From an uncultured Methanomicrobiales archaeon (GTDB lineage Archaea; Halobacteriota; Methanomicrobia; Methanomicrobiales; Methanospirillaceae), in contig OY969100.1 in the NCBI GenBank assembly GCA_963697895.1, positions 544,001-608,000 on the forward strand: 64,000 nucleotides of DNA, read 5' to 3'. This document shows, one piece after another, positions 1 through 9,349 of this stretch. The notes beneath the pieces were generated by a model. The model did not search any database. It saw nothing but the letters and a program-made list of their open reading frames with translations, and had not been told where the DNA came from. The position numbers were made by a program, and so were the translations under genes. Within the stretch, counting starts at the first letter, position 1. Each line of letters opens with the position of its first letter.

Positions 1-148
1 CCACCCGTATCACAACCGGTCCGTACTGTGCCTGAGGGTTATATATGTCGGCCTGCTTTGCCGTCTCCTCATCGGTTGTATCGAAGACCTTCCCATCAAA
101 ATCTCCCGTATAGCTCAGTCTGATAAAATTTCCTTCCTGTATCGCCAT
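1..148 (-). CDS. FKBP-type peptidyl-prolyl isomerase (SlyD-like), 5' part only; runs off the window edge
   Basis: Manual translation MAIQEGNFIRLSYTGDFDGKVFDTTDEETAKQADIY; the G-x-VFDTT motif is typical of archaeal long FKBP. Confidence 0.85.
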   Translation of the reverse strand, partial: MAIQEGNFIRLSYTGDFDGKVFDTTDEETAKQADIYNPQAQYGPVVIRV

Positions 149-206
149 GAGTATCACCCTGACTATATAAGGTCACGGGTATGATAGATAAAACTGTGGA
201 AGAATC

Positions 207-737
207 ATGCTCGAAATCGAGTTGAAAGTGCGGGTGGAGAGTCTGGATCCGGTACGAGACCGGCTCATCAGGCTTGCGGGGTCACCTGGCACCCGTACCA
301 CCGAAGAGGATACCTATTTTAACGCACCGCATCGCGATTTTCGCAAAACGGACGAAGCGCTCAGGGTTAGGTATAGCAACGGAATCTCCACCCTGACGTA
401 CAAAGGGACAAAACAGAAGGAGTTCGCCTTTAAAGCCCGTGAGGAGCTATACACAGGAGTTGAGTCGGGACCGGTACTGGAACTGATCCTCGATCGGCTT
501 GGGTTTACCCGTGCCGCAAATGTCAGAAAGATACGGGAGTACTTTTCCTACCGTGAGGCCTCGATTGCACTGGACCAGGTCGAAGGTCTGGGCAGTTTCG
601 TCGAGATTGAAGTGATTGCCGAGGAGGGGCAGTCATTTTCTTCCGATTTAATCGGGCAGATTGCAGAAGAATTGGGAATTTCCGGGGAGCCCATCCTCCT
701 CTCTTATCTGGAACTGATCCAGTCTAAACCGTCATAA
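207..737 (+). CDS. cyaB: Class IV adenylate cyclase / CYTH-domain protein
   Basis: N-terminal EIELK, plus DTYF, ALRVR, TYKG and C-terminal GLGSFVEIE CYTH motifs. Confidence 0.9.
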   Translation: MLEIELKVRVESLDPVRDRLIRLAGSPGTRTTEEDTYFNAPHRDFRKTDEALRVRYSNGISTLTYKGTKQKEFAFKAREELYTGVESGPVLELILDRLGFTRAANVRKIREYFSYREASIALDQVEGLGSFVEIEVIAEEGQSFSSDLIGQIAEELGISGEPILLSYLELIQSKPS

Positions 738-1365
738 GCTTGATCGTGATCTCTTTCGGTTCATCACCGAAATGGATCATGGCGCAGTTCCCCATCATGG
801 CGGGGCCTGGATTTACGATTTTCACTCCATCTTCCTCCATGATCCCTTTCTCCTCGTGAAGATGTGCACAGCAGACGAGGTCGAAAGACGAGAGGTGTCG
901 CCGGATGCTTTGACTCCCGACATGATTTCCCCCAGCCATATCGAGTATTCCACGGGGAGGGCAATGCGAGAGAAGGACATTATGGACAGAACGTTCCATT
1001 TTAGGGATCACCTGGTGAAGGATATCGTCGATCTGTTTATCGGTCATTTCGAACGGTGAGTTGAAGGGGGTAGGGTTTGACCCTCCGACACCGACGATCG
1101 TGATCTTTCCAAGGTTAATCTGGGAACCATGGAGACAGACGCAGTCCGAGTGCTCCAGTGCATCGATACTTTCCCGGGGATCCGTGTTTCCCGGTACGGC
1201 AAAACAGGGAACATCTATCTGGGACATCAGGGAAACGATAGATTCTACCGGTCCCATATTGGTGATGTCGCCGGCAATGAATACTGCATCTGGGCCTAAA
1301 TCCAGAAATGAGTCAATCTGACCGAATTGGCCATGCAGATCTGCTATCAAGAGCACATCCATCAT
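724..1365 (-). CDS. Calcineurin-like metallophosphoesterase (Icc family)
   Basis: DLHG, GDIT, GNTD, SHCPP and AHLHE motifs. Confidence 0.9.
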   Translation of the reverse strand: MMDVLLIADLHGQFGQIDSFLDLGPDAVFIAGDITNMGPVESIVSLMSQIDVPCFAVPGNTDPRESIDALEHSDCVCLHGSQINLGKITIVGVGGSNPTPFNSPFEMTDKQIDDILHQVIPKMERSVHNVLLSHCPPRGILDMAGGNHVGSQSIRRHLSSFDLVCCAHLHEEKGIMEEDGVKIVNPGPAMMGNCAMIHFGDEPKEITIKLMTV

Positions 1366-2483
1366 GTTATATCATTCGGAGGGTTTCTAAAAAACCTTAT
1401 CTCCGGGTCACTCCAGGATCCGGTCAATTTTCCTTTAATCGAAAGTTTTCCCAGGGCACGAACAGTCTCCGGAAGCAAAGAACGCGGGAGTGCGTTGGAG
1501 AGCGGGGTACCCGGAAGCGGAATGAACTGGTGGATATGGACAATACCAGAGCGCGTGACCCATTCGATCAACGCGAGAGTGTCCAGCTGCTCTTCATCGG
1601 TCTCATCCGGCAGGCCGACGATGAAATCGACCACTGGAAGGACCCCCGCATCGAAGCAGGTCTCGACCGCTGCTATGACATCCGCCACTGTATGCCCACG
1701 CTGGAGTCGTTTGAGGACAGAATCGCTCCCTGACTGGGCGCCAAAATGCAGACGGGTATTTGTACAATATCTCGTGATGAGATCAACAGATTCTTCCCGG
1801 ATAAATTCCGGTCTCACTTCACTCGGGAACGTCCCGAAGTAGATCTGGTTTTTCAGACGGCGGAGCAACCGTTCGATCCGGTCGAACCGGGGATGAATGC
1901 CATCGTCGGAGCCGTATCCAAATGCATTCGGACTGACAAACCGTGCGTGGCGGTACCGGGATGCGAAACGCGCAATCTGATCGGGTGAACGATGACGTAT
2001 ATGAGCCCCGAAGAGCCGGGGTGTCTGGCAGTACGTACAGCCGTAGGGACATCCCCGCGATATCTCGACGTACCCGTTCGTCTGTGAGAAGGGAGCATAT
2101 CCATCGAGCCGGACCGTGGTCTCCGCGGGCTCAAACCCTTCGGCCGTCGCAACCCCGGGAATAGCCCCGGATTTTCCATCCTCGATATGGGCGAGGAGGA
2201 GCGGGAGAGTATATTCCCCCTCTCCCACAACGACATAATCAGCGAAACGGGCGAGTTCCCGGTAACATGCCGAGGAGTGAGGGCCCCCCGCTATGGTAAT
2301 ACATTCTGCATTACGGATTTCTGACAGGTAATGCCTCACCGAGATGGAGTTCAGGCTGTAACAGGTCACCTCGCTCCGGGGATTCCCAACCGGGTGCATC
2401 GAATAACCAGATGCTTCGCATGCAGCAGAAAGTACTGCATATGAGTTACCCGCTGACCGGATCTTCCTCCAGTTTATTCTCAT
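1362..2483 (-). CDS. B12-binding-like domain / radical SAM protein (TIGR04013-like)
   Basis: AGGPH and VVVGEGE B12-BD-like motifs; EISRGCPYGCTYC CxxxCxxC; start placed at MRINWRKI (ORF extends to 2585). Confidence 0.8.
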   Translation of the reverse strand: MRINWRKIRSAGNSYAVLSAACEASGYSMHPVGNPRSEVTCYSLNSISVRHYLSEIRNAECITIAGGPHSSACYRELARFADYVVVGEGEYTLPLLLAHIEDGKSGAIPGVATAEGFEPAETTVRLDGYAPFSQTNGYVEISRGCPYGCTYCQTPRLFGAHIRHRSPDQIARFASRYRHARFVSPNAFGYGSDDGIHPRFDRIERLLRRLKNQIYFGTFPSEVRPEFIREESVDLITRYCTNTRLHFGAQSGSDSVLKRLQRGHTVADVIAAVETCFDAGVLPVVDFIVGLPDETDEEQLDTLALIEWVTRSGIVHIHQFIPLPGTPLSNALPRSLLPETVRALGKLSIKGKLTGSWSDPEIRFFRNPPNDIT

Positions 2484-2550
2484 ATGCCGGGTAAACCTGT
2501 CGATTCCTTCCTGTGTCGGAGCAAACGGTTCATCATCCCATCCTGGAGAA

Positions 2551-2961
2551 TCAGGGGCCGAGTTCCCCCTCGTAATCGAGTTCACCTGTGTCCCCGTTCA
2601 CCGTTGCCCGGGTGCCTGTTATCAGTCGGGTTAGGGGAACCTCGAGGCGATCGATCATCGGTATCCCGGAGATGATCGCACCCACGACAATGATCGGTTC
2701 TGCTTCTTCGTTTATTATCGCCGCCGGTGCATGTCCGTTCCGGCTGAGCGCGTATAGAACATAAGAACCAACCGTCGATCCTTTTCCGTACGCGAACGCG
2801 AGCACCCTCCCCGTAATACTGGTACCACGGAGGGGATGTCCCTGTTCGATTATCAACCCGGTATCGGGATCGACACCGGAGAGAAATGAGAGGGGAGCTG
2901 CACTAACCAGGATCTCCCCGGAAGCGATTCCCTTTACGATCCCCCGGCCCCGGATTATCAA
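2551..2961 (-). CDS. DUF126 / aconitase X swivel subunit (phosphomevalonate dehydratase small subunit family)
   Basis: PLSFLSGVDP and GKGSTVGSY motifs. Confidence 0.85.
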   Translation of the reverse strand: MIIRGRGIVKGIASGEILVSAAPLSFLSGVDPDTGLIIEQGHPLRGTSITGRVLAFAYGKGSTVGSYVLYALSRNGHAPAAIINEEAEPIIVVGAIISGIPMIDRLEVPLTRLITGTRATVNGDTGELDYEGELGP

Positions 2962-3005
2962 AAACGCACCTAATAAATGTATGAAACGGGAGATATAATA
3001 GTGAT

Positions 3006-4166
3006 ATGGAAGAGACGATCGTCAATAATATTGGAAATGAGGGGGAATTAAAATTAAAACTCAAACTTCAGGAACTCGAGTCCCAGCTCCTTGATCTCCG
3101 GGTCAAGAGCGATGAGCTCCTGAAGGAGAACGCTTCATTGCGGAGGGAAAATAACCAGCTGAAAAGAATGCCGCTTTTTGTGGCGGTCGTCATCGATATG
3201 CTCGATAACGGGGAAGTCTACCTGCGACAACAGGGAAACAATCAGGAATATCTTACCCATGTGAATGAGGAGATCTATAAGCAGCTAAAAACAGGAACGA
3301 AGGTGGCGGTTAACAACGCCCTTTCGATCGTCCGGATAGTCGGAAATATCTATGATTCACGGGTCAGGGTGATGGAACTGGACGAGTCTCCCAGTATCAC
3401 GTTCGACCAGATAGGCGGGCTCGAGCATGAGATTGAGGAGGTCCGTGAGGCAGTAGAATACCCGCTGACGAAACCGGAGATATTCAGACGGGTCGGGGTT
3501 GAGCCGCCGAAAGGTATCCTTCTGTACGGTCCGCCGGGAACCGGCAAAACACTGATTGCGAAGGCCGTTGCTCATGAAGCGAAGGCGACCTTTATACGGA
3601 TGTCCGGAAGTGAACTGGTCCATAAATACATAGGAGAAGGCGCACAGCTGGTCAGGGAGCTCTTTTCGCTTGCACGCGAACGGGCCCCCTCGATCGTCTT
3701 CATCGATGAGATAGACGCGGTCGGAAGCATGCGGACCAATGACGGTACTTCCGGCAGTGCCGAGGTGCAAAGGACCCTGATGCAGCTCCTTGCCGAGATG
3801 GATGGATTTGACACCCGCGGGGATGTTCGGATCATGGCAGCGACAAACCGGGTTGACATGCTGGATCCGGCACTCCTGCGACCCGGCCGGTTTGACCGGT
3901 CCATTGCAATCCCGCTCCCGGACAAACCGGCAAGGAAGGCGATCCTCCGGATCCATTCCCGCAAGATGTTGCTGGAAGGGGTCGATCTTGATCGGATCGT
4001 CGATATGACCGAAAATACGACGGGGGCTGAACTTCAGGCGATCTGCCGGGAGGCTGGGATGATGGCGGTCCGGCGTGAGGCGAACGGGATCTCCATGAAG
4101 GATTTCCTGGAAGCCGTAACAAAAGTGAAGGCTGAAGTAGTCTTTGATGGAAGGATGTATACCTGA
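3006..4166 (+). CDS. pan: Proteasome-activating nucleotidase (PAN), paralog 1
   Basis: N-terminal coiled coil and OB fold; Walker A GPPGTGKT; Walker B IDEID; [23 protein letters not shown]; C-terminal HbYX (MYT). Confidence 0.93.
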   Translation: MEETIVNNIGNEGELKLKLKLQELESQLLDLRVKSDELLKENASLRRENNQLKRMPLFVAVVIDMLDNGEVYLRQQGNNQEYLTHVNEEIYKQLKTGTKVAVNNALSIVRIVGNIYDSRVRVMELDESPSITFDQIGGLEHEIEEVREAVEYPLTKPEIFRRVGVEPPKGILLYGPPGTGKTLIAKAVAHEAKATFIRMSGSELVHKYIGEGAQLVRELFSLARERAPSIVFIDEIDAVGSMRTNDGTSGSAEVQRTLMQLLAEMDGFDTRGDVRIMAATNRVDMLDPALLRPGRFDRSIAIPLPDKPARKAILRIHSRKMLLEGVDLDRIVDMTENTTGAELQAICREAGMMAVRREANGISMKDFLEAVTKVKAEVVFDGRMYT

Positions 4167-4255
4167 TCGGGAGGAATGGTGCGCGGGAACCCAGGCCAGG
4201 AACGTTTCCAAGGATGGCAAATCCCCGGCTGGGATAACGAGAATCGTGATGCTGA

Positions 4256-4732
4256 ATGAATATCCTTTTTCTCCAGCGTCCCGGGGTAAACCTGTACGAA
4301 ACCCTCCTCCAGTCTGAAACCAGCAGGCATGCCCTCCGCTTTTATCGCCCGGTCGCTGTTCCGGGCGGAATTTCCGTTACCACCGCGACTCTCGGGAGTG
4401 CACTTTCCCTGGTCTCCGAACTCCGTTGGTACGTGCGTAGGTACATGGAAGACGTGCTCTTTGAGTTCAGTGACGAAAAGTACTGCACCCATAACCTGGC
4501 CCGGGAAGTCTATTATGATCGCACCACAAGCCTTGAACCACCATGGGCGTTCCGACGGCTCTATATCATCCGCGATGGGGTGCTCGTCTCGCGGGTTCCT
4601 CTTCCGGCAGGAACGACCCGTGAAGATTCCCGGGAGAAGCACAAGACGGATGATATCTACTTCGAGGTCTGGTATTCGGAAAACGAAGGGGTCTTCAACG
4701 AGTCCCTTGAAGAACCGGAAGCAGAAGAATGA
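4256..4732 (+). CDS. Conserved hypothetical protein (DUF5804-like)
   Basis: LYETLLQSETSRHALRFY and SLVSELRWYVRRY resemble a Methanomicrobia/haloarchaeal family; co-oriented with pan. Confidence 0.65.
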   Translation: MNILFLQRPGVNLYETLLQSETSRHALRFYRPVAVPGGISVTTATLGSALSLVSELRWYVRRYMEDVLFEFSDEKYCTHNLAREVYYDRTTSLEPPWAFRRLYIIRDGVLVSRVPLPAGTTREDSREKHKTDDIYFEVWYSENEGVFNESLEEPEAEE

Positions 4733-4920
4733 GATACATTCCTTTATTTTATCTACAAATTTTCCGGGGAGATCTTGGAAACGAAGAACTCATGAATGTT
4801 ATTGATTACGGGGAAGAAAGGATATTACATGCTTTGATTAGTCCATGAAAATGTAAATGGTGGCAGTTCTCTCTCCGGATATGTTACCGGGCCGGACGAT
4901 ACAAAAGAAGGTTGGATGGA

Positions 4921-5156
4921 CTATTTTTTCTGTTCTCCTTTGGCACGGGAAATACTCCATGCAATCAGGATCGTGGCAATCACTGCAATGATGGTAACAA
5001 TAATTGCATAACTCAGGCAGGGATACTGTCGACAGTACCGAATATCTGTTTAAATATCGCCTGGATTGCTCCATTCCATGCCAGAGCCGCAATAATGCCG
5101 AATGCTGCTGTCATCAGCGCGGCAATCATCGTGTATACTTCATCTTTCAGTGCCAT
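4921..5156 (-). pseudogene. Small two-TM membrane protein (DUF5654-like), frameshifted near 5015 (probable sequence error)
   Basis: Frame 1 reads MALKDEVYTMIAALMTAAFGIIAALAWNGAIQAIFKQIFGTVDSIPA; a shifted frame continues SYAIIVTIIAVIATILIAWSISRAKGEQKK*; the 236-nt span is not a multiple of 3. Confidence 0.7.
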
Positions 5157-5347
5157 GTCATTCACTGAAGGGGTAATTGACAAGAGTAATGATACAGTTT
5201 TCTTGCAGGATTCCCCTTGGAATGCCCAGGAATGAGATACCCCTGCTCTTTTCGGGGCTGAATAACAGGATTTTCCGATAGAAAAAATAATTCTGCGTTG
5301 AGCCGGATTGTTCCATGAAATTTTTCTGAAATAAAGGTTCGCCTGAC

Positions 5348-6289
5348 TCAGGGGATTATGGTGGTTCCTGCGCCGCCGTCAAGCGCGGCCAGGCTCAGCG
5401 CCGGGGTTGTTATAATAGCTGATTTTCCCCCTTCCCGCAGGAAGCGGATCGCCGATGTGATCTTCGGGCCCATGCTTCCCGGTGCGAAATGTCCTTCTTT
5501 TAAGTGTTCCTGTGCTTCGGCTGCGGTGATATGAGTCAGAGCGACCTGATTTTGTGTCTGGAAATTAAGATATGCATGATCCACGTCGGTGAGGATGAGT
5601 AGGATCTCCGCACCCACTGCAGTGGCAAGGAGTGTCGCAGAATGGTCTTTGTCGATAACTGCTTCGACCCCCTGGATAGTCCTGTCGGGCCTTAAAACAA
5701 CGGGAATTCCTCCCCCCCCACAGGCAATCACGATGGTCCCGCTCTTGTATAATGCCTTGATCGCATCCTGCTCGATAATCTCTATCGGTTCGGGGGACGG
5801 CACCACGCGGCGGTATCCCCGCCCACTGTCATTGACGATCTGCCATCCCTTCTCCACCCTGAGTCGTGCGGCCTCCATTGCGGTGTAGAAAGGCCCGATA
5901 GGTTTCTCCGGCTGCCCGAATGCCCGATCTGAAGCGTCAACAACCACCTGAGTGAGGAGCGTGACAACTGGGGTCCGGATTCCTGCATGTTTCATGACGG
6001 TGTCCATCGACTGCTGAATCATGTACCCGATCATTCCCTGTGATTCCGCATCACAGACGTCGAGTGGCATTGGCGGGAGCACACCCTTCGCAAGATCGTT
6101 CTGGAGAAGAATATCCCCCACCTGGGGACCATTCCCATGGGTGATCGCGATCTTCGACCCGCGGGAGACAAGTCGGACCAGATGCTCACAGGTCTCTATC
6201 ACGTTCGTCATCTGTTCTTCTGCGGTACCGACTTCCCGGTGTCTGAGGATCGCATTTCCTCCGAGTGCGATGACAATCCCTTCATTCAT
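5348..6289 (-). CDS. arcC: Carbamate kinase
   Basis: VIALGGNA, ITHGNGPQVG, SQGMIGY, KPIGPFY, RRVVPSP, GVEAVIDKD and GSMGPK motifs. Confidence 0.95.
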   Translation of the reverse strand: MNEGIVIALGGNAILRHREVGTAEEQMTNVIETCEHLVRLVSRGSKIAITHGNGPQVGDILLQNDLAKGVLPPMPLDVCDAESQGMIGYMIQQSMDTVMKHAGIRTPVVTLLTQVVVDASDRAFGQPEKPIGPFYTAMEAARLRVEKGWQIVNDSGRGYRRVVPSPEPIEIIEQDAIKALYKSGTIVIACGGGGIPVVLRPDRTIQGVEAVIDKDHSATLLATAVGAEILLILTDVDHAYLNFQTQNQVALTHITAAEAQEHLKEGHFAPGSMGPKITSAIRFLREGGKSAIITTPALSLAALDGGAGTTIIP

Positions 6290-6436
6290 GGATGTTCTCC
6301 TCTTTTTGACCATGCTGCCCCGGAAAAGAGAATCACAAGTCCTCCCGTTTCATCATCCTACACTTTTCCGGATTCCTGTGGGCAATGGTTCAGAAAACCG
6401 CAAGAGAAAATAACCGGGACCTGACCAGGCGTCGGC

Positions 6437-7676
6437 TTATGCGAACATCGCCCCGTATGTGCTGATCAGGCGCTGGCGATCAAAGTCCTGACCGATCTTT
6501 TCGATCGCGTCAAGGAAATCTTCGTGCGTGATCTGTGTATGCTCCCTTCGAATCGCAAACATACCTGCTTCCATACAGATTGCCCTGAGATCGGCCCCGT
6601 TTTTACCCTCGGTAAGCCTAACAATATCCTGTAGGTCGACACCGGGATCGAGGTTCATCCCGCGGGTATGCACGTTCATAATTGCGATCCTGCCTTCCTG
6701 GTCAGGGAGCGGGATCTCGATGATACGATCAAACCTGCCGGGGCGGAGGAGGGCACGGTCAAGGATGTCGATGCGGTTGGTCGCCCCGATGATCTTCACG
6801 TCACCCCGCCGCTCAAACCCATCCATGCCCGCCAGGAGCTGCATAAGCGTTCGTTGGACTTCCCGGTCCCCCGAGGTGGTCGATTCCGTTCGTGAAGCCC
6901 CGATTGCATCTATTTCGTCGATGAATATGATCGTCGGGGACTTCTTCCGAGCCAGTTCGAATATTTCACGTACAAGGCGGGCACCTTCACCGATATACTT
7001 CTGTACCAACTCCGATCCGACGACACGGAGGAAATATGCCTGAGTTTCATGGGCAACAGCCCGGGCGAGAAGTGTTTTTCCCGTTCCGGGTGGTCCATGA
7101 AGCAATACGCCTTTCGGAGGTTCGATACCGATCTGGAGAAAAAGATCGGGCCGTTTCAGCGGAAGCTCAACAGCCTCCCGGATTTCGTTAATCTCCTTAT
7201 CAAGCCCTCCGATATCCCCATATGTCTCATCAGGGGCCTCGACAACCTCCATTCCATAAACCTGTGCATCAAAACTCTCGGGAAGGATGTCAACAACGGC
7301 AAGTGACTGCTGATTGAGCGTACACCGGACTCCCGGTTTTAACTGTTCGGGTTCAATGCACACAGAACTTCGGACGAGGAACCGTGGTCCTGCGCTGCTC
7401 CGCACAATAACCCGGTTTCCATCGATAACATCGGTGATGGTACCGATCACCAGTGGCGGGCTCCTCAGACTGCTCTATTTCGCTCTTTAATTTCCGTACT
7501 TCGCGCTCGAACCGGATTTTTTGTGTCTCAACATAGCGTTTGTCTGATTCCGCCTGCCGCAGCTGCTCCCGGAGTTCCATGTTCCTGGTTTCCATATTCG
7601 TCACCCGTTCAAGCAGGTACCGGTACGCATCTTCCGGATTTTCCTGTTCCTGCGGCTGGCGAGCGCTCTCTGCCAT
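6437..7676 (-). CDS. pan: Proteasome-activating nucleotidase (PAN), paralog 2; apparent 1-nt insertion at ~7469
   Basis: ORF 7353-7676 gives the coiled-coil N-terminus and ORF 6437-7450 gives the OB and AAA+ domains; removing one base restores [14 protein letters not shown]; C-terminus AMFA. Confidence 0.9.
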
Positions 7677-7732
7677 TGTGTTTTCAAATAGATATATAGG
7701 GAAAAATGACTATAAAGATGTTTGCGAGAACC

Positions 7733-8233
7733 ATGCAGTGCGAATTATGTGGTACCAAAGCAAAATGGCCCCTGAAGACCGTCAGGATTGAGGGAGCCGA
7801 ACTCGAGGTATGCGGTGAGTGTGCCAAATTTGGTACCGAGGTTCAGCAGCCGAGAAAGAGCGCCGTAAAGGCGGCACCAAGGCGGGCCGGTCCGGCGGTC
7901 CCACCGGGTGTCCCGGCGAAACACAAAAGAGATGTATTCGACTTCATGGTCGGGGAGATCGTCGATGATTATGGAGAACGAATTCGGAAAGCCCGGAATG
8001 AGAAGGGATGGTCCCAGAAAGATCTCGCCATGGAGATTAAGGAACGTGAACTGCTCATTAAGAAAGTGGAAAAAGGGGACCTGATTCCTGAGGATGAGCT
8101 CAGGATTAAACTGGAAAGGGTGCTCGGAATTCGCCTGATCGATGTTTCTGAAGAGGATGAAGCGAAGAGGAGCTCCGATAAACTTGTTCCCACGCTCGGG
8201 GACGTCATCTCGATTAAAAAAGTACAGCGGTAG
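7733..8233 (+). CDS. mbf1: Archaeal multiprotein bridging factor aMBF1 (Zn ribbon + HTH)
   Basis: CELCG...CGEC zinc ribbon, IRKARNEKGWSQKDLA HTH and C-terminal TLGD; divergent from pan, the known archaeal arrangement. Confidence 0.9.
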   Translation: MQCELCGTKAKWPLKTVRIEGAELEVCGECAKFGTEVQQPRKSAVKAAPRRAGPAVPPGVPAKHKRDVFDFMVGEIVDDYGERIRKARNEKGWSQKDLAMEIKERELLIKKVEKGDLIPEDELRIKLERVLGIRLIDVSEEDEAKRSSDKLVPTLGDVISIKKVQR

Positions 8234-8509
8234 CCTGGTATCCCGATACCGACAACCTTCTCGTTTCAGGGGCGAAGACCCCAGCATGAATCATCCTTCA
8301 CCCACCCGATCCCGGGATACATGCGTGATTTTAAATAGCACCTGCACAAATGTGATACACAATGCAGGGTGAATGTTTTTTCGCCGGTGAATGTTTTTAT
8401 CGGTAAAAGCGAAGCGAACGCTCCTTGCATCCGCCGGACGGTGTCCTCTCCTTTAGAAACCATCACGGGAGCACCGGCTGTCTATCGCTATTTTAACGCT
8501 TTTTGGTAT

Positions 8510-8546
8510 CTCCTGTATTGAGCTGGAGTCAGCTCTGATGCAGGAG
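8510..8546 (+). promoter_or_regulatory. Leader hairpin overlapping the Shine-Dalgarno of the first aro gene
   Basis: CTCCTGTAT/ATGCAGGAG outer stem and GAGCTG/CAGCTC inner stem with a GAGT loop; GGAGGAGG SD at 8543-8550. Confidence 0.5.
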
Positions 8547-8550
8547 GAGG

Positions 8551-9348
8551 ATGTTTATGAGAGGTAAGGAAATTCGTCTTGAACGGATCATGGATCGAAA
8601 CACACGAAAAACGATCATCGTGCCAATGGACCACGGGGTAACGAACGGACCCATTTCAGGGCTCATTGATCTGGAGCAGAGTATTAATCTCGTCGCCGAC
8701 GGCGGGGCGAATGCCGTACTCGGACATGTCGGTCTTGCACTGTATGGGCACCGACGGGGAGGACGAGATATCGGCCTGATCCTGCATCTCTCCGCAAGCA
8801 CGGCGATCGGTCCCGACCCGAATGACAAAGTGATCGTGAACACCGTCATGAACGCGATGAAGATGGGTGCGGATGCGGTATCGATGCATGTAAACATCGG
8901 TGCCGATTCTGAGGCAAGAATGCTCTCCGATCTCGGGAAAATTGCGGTCGAATGTATGGAATGGGGTATGCCACTCCTCGCGATGATGTACCCGCGTGGG
9001 AGAAAGATCCCGGATGAGCACGCGGTGGAGCATGTCCGGCTTGCGGCCCGTGTAGCAGCTGAACTGGGTGCGGATGTCGTAAAGACGGTCTATACGGGAG
9101 ATCCTGAGAGTTTCCGTGAAGTGACCCGGGGCTGTCCGGTCCCGGTGGTCGTCGCCGGAGGATCGAAGACGGACGATCGCTCTACTCTTGAGATGATAGA
9201 GGGTGCGATGGAAGCCGGTGCGGCGGGAATATCCATCGGGCGGAATGCATTCCAGCATGCGTCGCCAGACCGGTTCATCCGGGCTGCATCCGTGATCGTT
9301 CATCAGGGGAGGAGTGTTGAAGAAGCTATGGAAATGGTGAGGCGTTGA
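8551..9348 (+). CDS. aroA': 2-amino-3,7-dideoxy-D-threo-hept-6-ulosonate synthase / class I DhnA-type aldolase, copy 1
   Basis: IVPMDHG, LILHLSAST, MMYPRG, ELGADVVKT, VAGG and GRNAFQ motifs; heads the aro operon. Confidence 0.88.
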   Translation: MFMRGKEIRLERIMDRNTRKTIIVPMDHGVTNGPISGLIDLEQSINLVADGGANAVLGHVGLALYGHRRGGRDIGLILHLSASTAIGPDPNDKVIVNTVMNAMKMGADAVSMHVNIGADSEARMLSDLGKIAVECMEWGMPLLAMMYPRGRKIPDEHAVEHVRLAARVAAELGADVVKTVYTGDPESFREVTRGCPVPVVVAGGSKTDDRSTLEMIEGAMEAGAAGISIGRNAFQHASPDRFIRAASVIVHQGRSVEEAMEMVRR

Positions 9349-9349
9349 A

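Noticed and set aside
3357-4220. Long antisense ORFs (e.g. 3357-4220, 8656-9411, 26222-26977, 34642-35442, 37901-38638)
   Set aside because: These are shadow ORFs opposite well-supported genes, as expected from codon bias in moderately GC-rich DNA.
5010-5020. In-frame TGA in the DUF5654-like gene as possible selenocysteine
   Set aside because: The hydrophobic C-terminal half continues in a different frame, so this is an indel and not readthrough.
7455-7480. Programmed frameshift in pan
   Set aside because: There is no slippery sequence, and similar isolated indels occur in unrelated genes, which favours sequencing error.
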